Origin: a virus
Lineage: Duplodnaviria; Caudoviricetes
Direction: 5' to 3' (one strand)
Virus record (IMG/VR): IMGVR_UViG_3300027790_000014
Coordinates: 1-39,682 of that record
Length of the DNA: 39,682 bases
Shown here one piece after another: positions 15,889 through 23,698 of this stretch (position 1 is the first letter of the stretch; each line of letters opens with the position of its first letter). The notes beneath the pieces were generated by a model. That model was given only the letters and a program-made list of their open reading frames with translations. It was not told the origin of the DNA and did not search any database. Both the position numbers and the translations under genes were made by a program.

Positions 15889-15926
15889 AGAACCCTAATA
15901 GCGAATAGAGACAACAAGGAGTTATC

Positions 15927-16253
15927 ATGAGATTTTTCGTAGTCTACATGCCTGAGTTTAAACGTTGGGCAACAGTAGTTCTCAACGGCCAACGCCAAAT
16001 AGGGTTCTTGGCTTTACACCTAGACAGTAGCCTTGAAAAAGTAAAAGAAAGGACTGTTGATTTGGCTTGTGACCATGTGCTAGGTGAAATAGAATTCGAC
16101 CGCATGGAAGCTGAAAATCCACAAAATCTGATGGATCTCTCTGGAGCATATGAATTGCGTATGTGGGACCCTGAAACCATGAATCCAGCCTTAAAATGGG
16201 TTGGTGGTCGCAATCCATCAGTTTATCTTGATACTCCGCCTTATTACATCTAA
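15927..16253 (+). CDS. Hypothetical protein
   Basis: 108 aa, AAGGAG RBS. Confidence 0.75.
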   Translation: MRFFVVYMPEFKRWATVVLNGQRQIGFLALHLDSSLEKVKERTVDLACDHVLGEIEFDRMEAENPQNLMDLSGAYELRMWDPETMNPALKWVGGRNPSVYLDTPPYYI

Positions 16254-16262
16254 GGAATACAA

Positions 16263-18113
16263 ATGTTCCCTAATATTTTAGCATTTCCAGAATTCTCCTA
16301 CGATACAGAAACCACCGGCCTGAATCCAATGGCCGGTCACCGTGTGTTTGGTTTTAGCATTAGCACTCCCGATGGTAAAGACTACTATTGGGACATTCGC
16401 CAAGTACCACAAGCTGTTGAGTGGTTTAATCGGATGATGAGCATGTTTACTGGCACAATTGTTTGCCATAACCTTTCATTTGATTACCGTATGTCTAAAG
16501 TTACCGGAATAAATCTGCCACTGGAAAAGTGCGTGGATACTTGTATTATGGCAAGTTTGGTTAATGAACATGAGCACAGCTTTTCATTGGACAATCTGGC
16601 ACGTAAGTACACGAATGACTGGAAAAAAGGTGATCAGCTTTATCAGGATTTGGCAGATATGTTCGGCGGTCGCGCCACTAAAAATGTCCAAATGAGTCGA
16701 ATCGCCGATGCACCTGCAAACATTGTCGCACCTTATGCCAAAGGTGATACCCGATCCACCTTATCGCTATACTACTACCTGAAAGAGCAAATCAAGTACC
16801 AAGGTCTGGAAAGAATTGTAGCGTTTGAAAATAGCCTGACTCCAGTTATGATCGAGACCGAAATGCACGGTGTTCGTGTTGATATTCCTAAGGCAGAACA
16901 GGCCGTGGGTGAATTGACCACTGTTATTAACGCAATGCAAAAACAGTTAGACGAAGTGGCCGGTTTTAAATGCAACCCACAGCCTAGCGGTGATATGAAA
17001 AAGTTGTTCAAGCCAGAATGGCGGGAAGGTCGGTGGTGGGCCTGTGATGGAACTCCATTGGAAGAAACTAAATCTGGTAACGCTAGTCTGGGTGCTGATG
17101 CAATGAGGGCTATGAGCCACCCGGCGGCAGGTATCATCTTAGAATTGCGTAGTATGATCAAAACCCGCGATACATTCCTAGTAGGCCACGTGTTGGAATC
17201 GGCTCAGAATGGCCGGGTTTACCCTAACATCAACCAGACCAAGGGCGAAGATGGTGGGACCGGTACTGGTCGGCTGTCTTATACCGGTCCAGCATTACAG
17301 CAGATCCCGGATCGAAACAAAAAAGTAGCTGAGATTGTAAAACAGGTATTTTTGCCAGATGAAGGTCACAGCTGGATTGATGCTGATTTGAAATCTTTCG
17401 AGGTGAACATTTTTGCTCACCTAGTAGGAACGCCTGACATTTTGGATGTATTTGCCAAAAATCCGGAAACAGATTTTCACCAGTTTGTTGCGGATTTGAC
17501 CGGTCTGCCACGTAACGCAACGTATTCAGGCGAACCGAACGCCAAACAACTTAACCTCTCTATGATCTTCAACCAAGGTAACGGTACCACTGCTGAAAAG
17601 ATGGATATGCCATGGTCTTGGGAAAGCTTCACACCAAAGGATAGTAAAGATGGAAAAGAAGTCGTGTACAAAAAAGCCGGACCTGAAGCAATGGCTGTCA
17701 TCGAAAGGTACCACGAGGAACTTCCCGGAGTCCGTAAACTTGCTGATGGTTGCAAAGCAACTGCCGGTAAACGAGGATATATATTTACAAGGTCCGGTCG
17801 CCATCTTCGATTCCCCAACGGAAACAAAACATATAAAGCTTCAGGATTACTTATCCAAGCCACAGCCGCTGACGAGAATAAGCGGAATTGGCTCCTTATC
17901 AATGAAGCCCTTAGCGGTAGTTATGGCAAAATGCTTCTTAACACTCACGATTCCTACTCCTTGTCACTCCCCATTGGTGAGGAAGAGCGTTTGGCCAAAC
18001 GCGTCAAGGAGGCGGTACAGGCCGATAGGGGTCTGAGAGTGCCATTAACTTTGGAAGTAAACCATCCCGGCAGAAACTGGTGGGAATCTAAATCAAGCGA
18101 TAGGTGGATGTAA
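16263..18113 (+). CDS. dpoZ: Family A DNA polymerase with 3'-5' exonuclease, probable DpoZ
   Basis: DTETTG ExoI, HNLSFD ExoII, TGTGRLS, DADLKSFEV motif A, NAKQLNLSMIF motif B and NTHDS motif C. No 5' nuclease domain. Close to purZ. Confidence 0.8.
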   Translation: MFPNILAFPEFSYDTETTGLNPMAGHRVFGFSISTPDGKDYYWDIRQVPQAVEWFNRMMSMFTGTIVCHNLSFDYRMSKVTGINLPLEKCVDTCIMASLVNEHEHSFSLDNLARKYTNDWKKGDQLYQDLADMFGGRATKNVQMSRIADAPANIVAPYAKGDTRSTLSLYYYLKEQIKYQGLERIVAFENSLTPVMIETEMHGVRVDIPKAEQAVGELTTVINAMQKQLDEVAGFKCNPQPSGDMKKLFKPEWREGRWWACDGTPLEETKSGNASLGADAMRAMSHPAAGIILELRSMIKTRDTFLVGHVLESAQNGRVYPNINQTKGEDGGTGTGRLSYTGPALQQIPDRNKKVAEIVKQVFLPDEGHSWIDADLKSFEVNIFAHLVGTPDILDVFAKNPETDFHQFVADLTGLPRNATYSGEPNAKQLNLSMIFNQGNGTTAEKMDMPWSWESFTPKDSKDGKEVVYKKAGPEAMAVIERYHEELPGVRKLADGCKATAGKRGYIFTRSGRHLRFPNGNKTYKASGLLIQATAADENKRNWLLINEALSGSYGKMLLNTHDSYSLSLPIGEEERLAKRVKEAVQADRGLRVPLTLEVNHPGRNWWESKSSDRWM

Positions 18114-18319
18114 TGAAAGAAGAACAACCAGATGGTAGCGTGAATGACATGAGACATATACTGTATACAAGCGATGATTTCACTGATGAAGAGATACAAA
18201 GGGAAAATAAACTAACGGTGATGGTAATAGATGGCGGGTTACACGTGTGTAAAATATGTGGAGAATATGAAGCCGGATTAGACGGCCCCTGTAAAGCGAG
18301 GCATAGCCATGGATCTTGA
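18104..18319 (+). CDS. Hypothetical protein (CxxC)
   Basis: 71 aa, overlaps the polymerase stop. Confidence 0.55.
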   Translation: MDVMKEEQPDGSVNDMRHILYTSDDFTDEEIQRENKLTVMVIDGGLHVCKICGEYEAGLDGPCKARHSHGS

Positions 18320-18716
18320 ACAATACTGGGAAAAGCTAAATAACTTTGATTGGTTCTATGAATACAGTGATGATCATAGCGTTTGGCAAAGAGGCCGCAT
18401 TGCGGCCAGTAAAATTGCAGCGATCGCAATTGAAAGCCCAGAGCACAGAGCGTTATATGATGGCTTCTATAAACATCACTTCTCTGGCAAATCATTTGGT
18501 ACTGAAAAAGCACCAAAGCCAGAAAAACCAAGGGTATATATTGACGTTTATGTATACCCTGATAATGAACAATACCATGAACCTCCGTTTTGGAAATCAG
18601 ATGATTATGAAAAAAGAAAAACAACCTCATGTGAGCGTTGTGATGAAGAAATGAATATCCATTACGGTGAGCCCTTTGCATCATGCAATTGCGGAACTTC
18701 AGAGTGGTATAAATAA
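18309..18716 (+). CDS. Hypothetical protein with a C-terminal Cys cluster
   Basis: 135 aa. FDWFYEYSDDHSVWQRG motif and CERC..CNCG. Confidence 0.7.
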   Translation: MDLEQYWEKLNNFDWFYEYSDDHSVWQRGRIAASKIAAIAIESPEHRALYDGFYKHHFSGKSFGTEKAPKPEKPRVYIDVYVYPDNEQYHEPPFWKSDDYEKRKTTSCERCDEEMNIHYGEPFASCNCGTSEWYK

Positions 18717-18717
18717 A

Positions 18718-18746
18718 TTGACATCATCACACTGAGGTGATATAAT
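18718..18746 (+). promoter_or_regulatory. sigma70 consensus promoter for the Z-biosynthesis cassette
   Basis: TAA-A|TTGACA-17nt-TATAAT. Inverted repeat ATCAC/GTGAT in the spacer. Confidence 0.88.
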
Positions 18747-18795
18747 GTTAGATCAACATGAATTAGAAACTTTCAGCCCATTAGAGGAAAATAAA

Positions 18796-19893
18796 ATGAA
18801 ACAAAAAGCTTACATGATTTTGGATTTACAATATGGTTCCACTGGTAAAGGCTTGTTGGCTGGCTATTTAGCTAAATTCTATGAACCTGATGTAGTTGTT
18901 ACGGCTTGGGGTCCGAATGCTGGTCACACCTATATTGATGAAGAAGGTCGCGAGTTTATTCATTGTATGCTGGCCAATGGTGTAGTGTCTCCGAAACTGA
19001 ATACAATACTTATGGGTCCCGGATCAGTGATTGATTTAGATCGTTTACGTTCAGAAATCGAGTCCTGTAAAGACCTCTTGATCGGGAAGCGTTTAGTAAT
19101 TCATCCTCAGGCTGTCGTAGTGACCGCTAAGCACCGGGAAACGGAAATGCGAAACGTAAAAATTGGGTCCACGATGAAGGGCACCGGGGCAGCGATCATC
19201 GAGCGAATCGAGCGAGACCCGGCAAATAATCCTACAGCTTTGACGCAAATAAGCCAGAAATGGCTAGATGAAATCGCTCAAATGGGAATTGGCATTGCGG
19301 TATCCCGGTATGATTATGACTACGAGATAGCCAATGCTAAAGCTATTCAGATCGAGGGTGCTCAGGGCTACAGTCTGTCGATTTATCATGGTTTTTATCC
19401 ATACACTACATCGCGTGATGTAACCCCGGCTCAAGTCATGGCAGATTGCGCCTTGCCTTGGTGGCTTAATCCCGAAGTGTACGGCACATTGCGAACTTAC
19501 CCGATCCGGGTGGCCAATCGATATGATGAAGATGGTAATATGATCGGTACCAGTGGCCCCGGTTATGCTGACCAAGTCGAGTTATCTTGGGAAGATCTGG
19601 GAATGGAACCGGAGCTGACTACCGTCACACAACTGCCGAGAAGAATTTTTTCATTCAGCACCAATCAAACAGTGGAGGCAATTTACCGGTGTGCCCCCGA
19701 CAAACTGTTTTTGAACTTCATCAATTATATGGATGAAGAGGACGCCAGTGAATTGATCAACAAGATCAATAAAATAGCCCGGACAACAAATCCAGATAAT
19801 TGGTGTTCAGTTGATTGGGTCGGTGTAGGTCCTAAACACCAAGATGTGATTCATACCCCTCATTGGCGTCATCAACAGGAGAAGTCCAAGTGA
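18796..19893 (+). CDS. purZ: PurZ, N6-succino-2-amino-dAMP synthetase (PurA homologue)
   Basis: DLQYGSTGKG has Ser where PurA has the catalytic Asp of GDEGKG. Also NAGHT, IGSTMKG, EGAQG, FYPYTTSR, RTYPIRV and TTVTQLPRRIF. GAGG RBS before ATG 18796. Confidence 0.93.
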   Translation: MKQKAYMILDLQYGSTGKGLLAGYLAKFYEPDVVVTAWGPNAGHTYIDEEGREFIHCMLANGVVSPKLNTILMGPGSVIDLDRLRSEIESCKDLLIGKRLVIHPQAVVVTAKHRETEMRNVKIGSTMKGTGAAIIERIERDPANNPTALTQISQKWLDEIAQMGIGIAVSRYDYDYEIANAKAIQIEGAQGYSLSIYHGFYPYTTSRDVTPAQVMADCALPWWLNPEVYGTLRTYPIRVANRYDEDGNMIGTSGPGYADQVELSWEDLGMEPELTTVTQLPRRIFSFSTNQTVEAIYRCAPDKLFLNFINYMDEEDASELINKINKIARTTNPDNWCSVDWVGVGPKHQDVIHTPHWRHQQEKSK

Positions 19894-20654
19894 AGATAAT
19901 GGTATGTGGTCATGGTCGCCACGGAAAAGACCAATTTTGTGAATTTCTGGGACTACCTTTCACCAGTTCTTCGATGATAGCGCTAGAGACAGTTATTTGG
20001 CCAGAAATGTGGAATCTTTATGAGACTAAAGAGCACTGTTTTGAGGATCGAGTAAATAAGCGGGAACAATGGGCTGAGATGATCAGAGCCTACAATACTC
20101 CCGACCTCACCAAACTGGCCCGAGATATTTTTGCTGAGTGTGATGTTTATTGCGGTATCCGTAGCCGTGATGAGTTTCTGAAGGCAAAAGAAGAAGGATT
20201 GTTTGATCTGGCCATCTGGGTAGACGCCTCAGAGCGAGTGCCAGAGGTAGATCCGACTTGTGAAGTGCTAATGTCAGATTGCAACATCATAATCTACAAT
20301 AATGGCACCTTAGAGGAGCTAAAAGAAAAGGCAATTGTTATACGAGAAGCAATCACAGCCAAGTCTACGGCAGGCCAATCCACTAAGGATATGATTGTCA
20401 ATTGGGCTAATGAAGTGTTTCCAGATCGAACGGTGACTAACGCAATTCAGAAGTTAGCATTGGAAGAGTTGCCGGAATTCTTGATGGCACAAGATGATCC
20501 TATGGAATTAGCTGATGTGGCCATCATTGTTGAGGACATTGCGTATTTGAAAGGCTGGGACCTAGACGCAATTAAGCGTGAGAAGATGGCTATTAATATT
20601 AACAGAAAGTGGGCTATCGATGATACCACTGGCTTAATGAATCACGTGGAGTAA
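19890..20654 (+). CDS. mazZ: Fusion of a deoxynucleoside monophosphate kinase-like domain and a MazG-like dGTP/dATP diphosphohydrolase (MazZ/DUF550)
   Basis: N-terminal CGHGRHGKD P-loop. C-terminal WANEVFP..KLALEELPE..ELADVAI..EKMAININRKW. GTG start overlaps the purZ stop. Confidence 0.78.
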   Translation: MKIMVCGHGRHGKDQFCEFLGLPFTSSSMIALETVIWPEMWNLYETKEHCFEDRVNKREQWAEMIRAYNTPDLTKLARDIFAECDVYCGIRSRDEFLKAKEEGLFDLAIWVDASERVPEVDPTCEVLMSDCNIIIYNNGTLEELKEKAIVIREAITAKSTAGQSTKDMIVNWANEVFPDRTVTNAIQKLALEELPEFLMAQDDPMELADVAIIVEDIAYLKGWDLDAIKREKMAININRKWAIDDTTGLMNHVE

Positions 20655-20656
20655 CT

Positions 20657-21166
20657 ATGATACTTGATTTCTCACTAACAGAAGTTATGAGGCTGTCAAA
20701 TATCAAACGTTGGGGCATTATTGAAATGTCCCGCGAACAGTCCGTAGCTGAACATTCTTACAACGTGGCCATGATATCAATGGCCATATACAAAAATCTT
20801 GAATTTGACAGCCCTATCAATGAGTCTCAGCTGATCTGTTGGGCCTTATATCACGATTTACCAGAACTTTATACGGGGGATATACCTACTCCCGTGAAAA
20901 AATACCTAGATCTGGATAGTTTTGATAATGAAGTCTTGCCTCTATACGCCGGGATTAAACAGTTACATAGAGATAGTGTAATTGATCAAATAGTTAAGGC
21001 AGCGGACTATATCGAAGCGATCCAATTTGCGGAGAAATTCTGCGTGGATAGCAGAGGACCTGAGATAATCAGGGATATACAGAAGAATATGACGATATTT
21101 CTTTCGTCAAAATGCGACGTCCTTGTCGCTGCTGCTGTGGAGAAGGTACTTGATGAACAGGCGTGA
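20657..21166 (+). CDS. datZ: HD-domain dATP triphosphohydrolase DatZ (YfbR-like)
   Basis: RW..QSVAEHSYNVA, ALYHDLPELYTGDIPTPVK and VKAAD. Located in the purZ cluster. Confidence 0.85.
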   Translation: MILDFSLTEVMRLSNIKRWGIIEMSREQSVAEHSYNVAMISMAIYKNLEFDSPINESQLICWALYHDLPELYTGDIPTPVKKYLDLDSFDNEVLPLYAGIKQLHRDSVIDQIVKAADYIEAIQFAEKFCVDSRGPEIIRDIQKNMTIFLSSKCDVLVAAAVEKVLDEQA

Positions 21167-21593
21167 GAACCAATTCAAAAAGCATTTGATGAAGATAATG
21201 GGCACCCGGTGGGATGCCCAATCTCACGAGGACAAGTACTCAAACGGCATCCCGGATCTTTCTTTTGGTGCCAATGGTGTGAATGGGTGGATCGAGTTGA
21301 AGCAAATCCCAAAGTTTAAGGGAAGTAACCTCGTTAAGCCGGACAAGTACACTCCTGAACAAATCAATTGGATCAAACGCAGGGGTAAGAAAGCTGGTCA
21401 TTGCTTCATATTCGTAAAAGTAGATGACCGGTACTTTCTATTTGATTGGGGATGGGCCAGAGAAATAGCCAAAGGTATGACAAAAGCCCAATATATAGAA
21501 CGTAGTCTATGGTATTGGAGCGAAATTGACCCTAATCAGCTAATTGATTTTCTTACCAACCCATCGTTTAGCCCAAGCTCTGATGGTCTGTGA
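21153..21593 (+). CDS. PD-(D/E)XK nuclease (VRR-NUC or Holliday junction resolvase-like)
   Basis: GIPDL...GWIELK...PEQINWI. Confidence 0.8.
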   Translation: MNRRENQFKKHLMKIMGTRWDAQSHEDKYSNGIPDLSFGANGVNGWIELKQIPKFKGSNLVKPDKYTPEQINWIKRRGKKAGHCFIFVKVDDRYFLFDWGWAREIAKGMTKAQYIERSLWYWSEIDPNQLIDFLTNPSFSPSSDGL

Positions 21594-21860
21594 CCCCATA
21601 AACCCGATCATCCCACCGCAGAATAAATACCAATTTTGGCCAAAACCCAATTGGGCTAGCCCATGCCCAGCACATAAAGAAAGTGCCCCGCAAATAGCTC
21701 CTTCTAATAAAATCCTTGTAAAACTAGTTTCTTCCTTATCTCCTATCACACGTAATACGGCCAAGAACCATGCCATTATGACCCCTCCCGCCCAAGGCGG
21801 TATGTTCTCAATTAAGTGTTTAAAATTATCCATCCCGATATGGTCCTTATTCACTTTCAT
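21540..21860 (-). CDS. Holin, lambda S-like
   Basis: Three TM segments, LEGAICGALSL..GGMIGFMGSQTIR and a basic C-terminus. Confidence 0.8.
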   Translation of the reverse strand: MKVNKDHIGMDNFKHLIENIPPWAGGVIMAWFLAVLRVIGDKEETSFTRILLEGAICGALSLCAGHGLAQLGFGQNWYLFCGGMIGFMGSQTIRAWAKRWVGKKIN

Positions 21861-22152
21861 ACCAATGATTTAGCTTTCTTTCGTGGGCTTTTATTTTACT
21901 AGGCAGTTTATTTAGTTTCCATTTATCTACAGCATCCCTTTTTTCTTCAGGAATATTGCGTATTACTGCTAGTTCTTCTTCAGCCTCTTCGATCTGGGAT
22001 TCAAGTTCAATGATTTGTTGTTGCATCAGATAGGGGGCGTCGACCTTCTTAGCAACATCGGAATGTTTCGCATAGCGGTCTTCGGCAGCTAGGACCACAC
22101 CGCCGATAGCCACGATCAAAGCGACGGCGGCAGAGAGTTTCGCAACATTCAT
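21847..22152 (-). CDS. Membrane-anchored coiled-coil protein (possible spanin component)
   Basis: N-terminal hydrophobic segment followed by a coiled coil, inside the lysis cassette. Confidence 0.5.
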   Translation of the reverse strand: MNVAKLSAAVALIVAIGGVVLAAEDRYAKHSDVAKKVDAPYLMQQQIIELESQIEEAEEELAVIRNIPEEKRDAVDKWKLNKLPSKIKAHERKLNHWYESE

Positions 22153-22155
22153 GAT

Positions 22156-22623
22156 TTAATTACCTCCCGGCTTTTTCGTGTCCGTTCCCTTGGCTTTGTC
22201 GTAACTACGCTGGGCACCTATACCTAACATACCCATGACGACAGAGAAGAGCGCTCCCGTTTCCAGAACAGGCGGCGGAGAAACTCCAGCAGGGATTTTC
22301 CCGAAGGCTTGAAATATAGCCCATACCCAAATTAGGAATGGATAAATTATGAACTGGTAGGCCATAGCAGCACCACCAGCCCAGCCCATAAAAGGACGCC
22401 ACCCAGCTACGAAAATAGACGGATGTTCAGCTTCCTTAAGGTTAATAGCCAGTTGGCCTTCGATCTGCCTGACGAAGGCATTTAATTCAGCCAAGTCACC
22501 TTTTTGCTCCAGCTCAGCTAATTTGTGATGAGCCTCAGCTTGCTGAATAGGATCAGGCCATACTCGGTTAATAAGACCCTTGGCCAGTCCTGCAACAGCA
22601 CTAATAGTCATTGGATCAGCCAT
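22156..22623 (-). CDS. Holin-like protein (GTA 3TM holin family)
   Basis: FVAGWRPFMGW and GMLGIGAQRSYDK motifs. Start coupled to the endolysin stop. Confidence 0.78.
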   Translation of the reverse strand: MADPMTISAVAGLAKGLINRVWPDPIQQAEAHHKLAELEQKGDLAELNAFVRQIEGQLAINLKEAEHPSIFVAGWRPFMGWAGGAAMAYQFIIYPFLIWVWAIFQAFGKIPAGVSPPPVLETGALFSVVMGMLGIGAQRSYDKAKGTDTKKPGGN

Positions 22624-22973
22624 CACATGCACCCGTTATGTTCCAAGGAATAATGATTACCATCGTTGAAACGACCGCCCCAACGGCACAAAGGATGAAG
22701 TGATTCCCACCACTCGCCTAATTCCCGGTGATCCTCAGTTTCCGTCAGGAATTCACCATCTTTAAACAAATTAAGATCTTGAGCTAAACGCAATTTGTGA
22801 CAGCTATTGCGATGGCCATATGCTTTCTTTTCACCAATATGACCATGAAGGCGAGGATCACGATAAGCATCGCCTAATGTCACCTCATAGCCCATTTGAT
22901 GGGCCTGATTAATGAGTCCCGGTAACAATTTCGCGAATAAACGTTGCTTTTCGCCTAAAGTCATTTTGCTCAT
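22623..22973 (-). CDS. Endolysin, peptidase M15 family
   Basis: GDAYR, SCHKLRLAQDL and WGGRF..DGNHYS zinc-peptidase motifs. Confidence 0.88.
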   Translation of the reverse strand: MSKMTLGEKQRLFAKLLPGLINQAHQMGYEVTLGDAYRDPRLHGHIGEKKAYGHRNSCHKLRLAQDLNLFKDGEFLTETEDHRELGEWWESLHPLCRWGGRFNDGNHYSLEHNGCM

Positions 22974-23257
22974 ACATCATGCTTCCTATAATTAAATGAA
23001 GAAGACCCGAATTTACGAACCATAAAATAATAGACGTAAGCTTGGGCAACACGAATGGGCCGAGTCCAGAAGTATCTTTCACTATCGCGCAACATAGCAT
23101 CAAGAAATTTCCAATCACAATGGGCGCGATAGCCTTCTGTGCCGCCTTTCTGATAACCCTCATCATGTTTATCACATGATGCTTCATGAAACCAGTTAAA
23201 TAAAAGGTTTTTTATCCATTCTGGTAACCATTCTGGACCACACCCATTACTAGACAT
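22970..23257 (-). CDS. Prokaryotic phospholipase A2-like protein
   Basis: NGCG..ASCDKHDEGY..CDWKFLDAM..YYFMVRKFG. Start set to MSSNGCG. Confidence 0.6.
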   Translation of the reverse strand: MSSNGCGPEWLPEWIKNLLFNWFHEASCDKHDEGYQKGGTEGYRAHCDWKFLDAMLRDSERYFWTRPIRVAQAYVYYFMVRKFGSSSFNYRKHDV

Positions 23258-23513
23258 TAAAGAAACTCGCTCTAAAAGGTTTCCATACGGATTCGAAATC
23301 ATCAATATTATGAGGTCCTAAAACAACCACATTACCGTTATCAAATTGAAATGGAGTAGTAAGACCTGCTCGAACATCATCCTTAATAGAAGATAGGCCC
23401 CACATATCTTGCGCGGTCGCAGAGCACATAACACCTTCAAATTCCACTCCTTCGAGCTTCTTTTTAGGTTTATCTATATCCGTCTTCTTAGCTGCATTTA
23501 CTGATAAGCTCAT
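23250..23513 (-). CDS. Hypothetical protein, tail-associated
   Basis: 87 aa, GGAGGT RBS, coupled to the upstream gene. Confidence 0.7.
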   Translation of the reverse strand: MSLSVNAAKKTDIDKPKKKLEGVEFEGVMCSATAQDMWGLSSIKDDVRAGLTTPFQFDNGNVVVLGPHNIDDFESVWKPFRASFFNV

Positions 23514-23698
23514 ATTTCACCTCCTATACCATCAGCCTCACGAGAGGGAGTCCATTCCCACGCATCTCTGTATTCTCTGTTAGCATCCATGAATTCCTTT
23601 TCTTCAGGAGTTACATGCCAGTACTCTACTCCTGCTGGAACTGACGTAGGCTTGGAGCATTGACAGATATTGCCGTTATCAATGTAAACAATGTGCAT
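23510..23698 (-). CDS. Small tail fibre assembly-like protein
   Basis: VPAGVEYW..REYRDAWEW motif, directly downstream of the tail fibre. Confidence 0.6.
   Translation of the reverse strand: MHIVYIDNGNICQCSKPTSVPAGVEYWHVTPEEKEFMDANREYRDAWEWTPSREADGIGGEI

Noticed and set aside
18796-19893. Ordinary adenylosuccinate synthetase PurA (auxiliary metabolic gene)
   Set aside because: GSTGKG replaces GDEGKG, and mazZ/datZ-like neighbours indicate PurZ.
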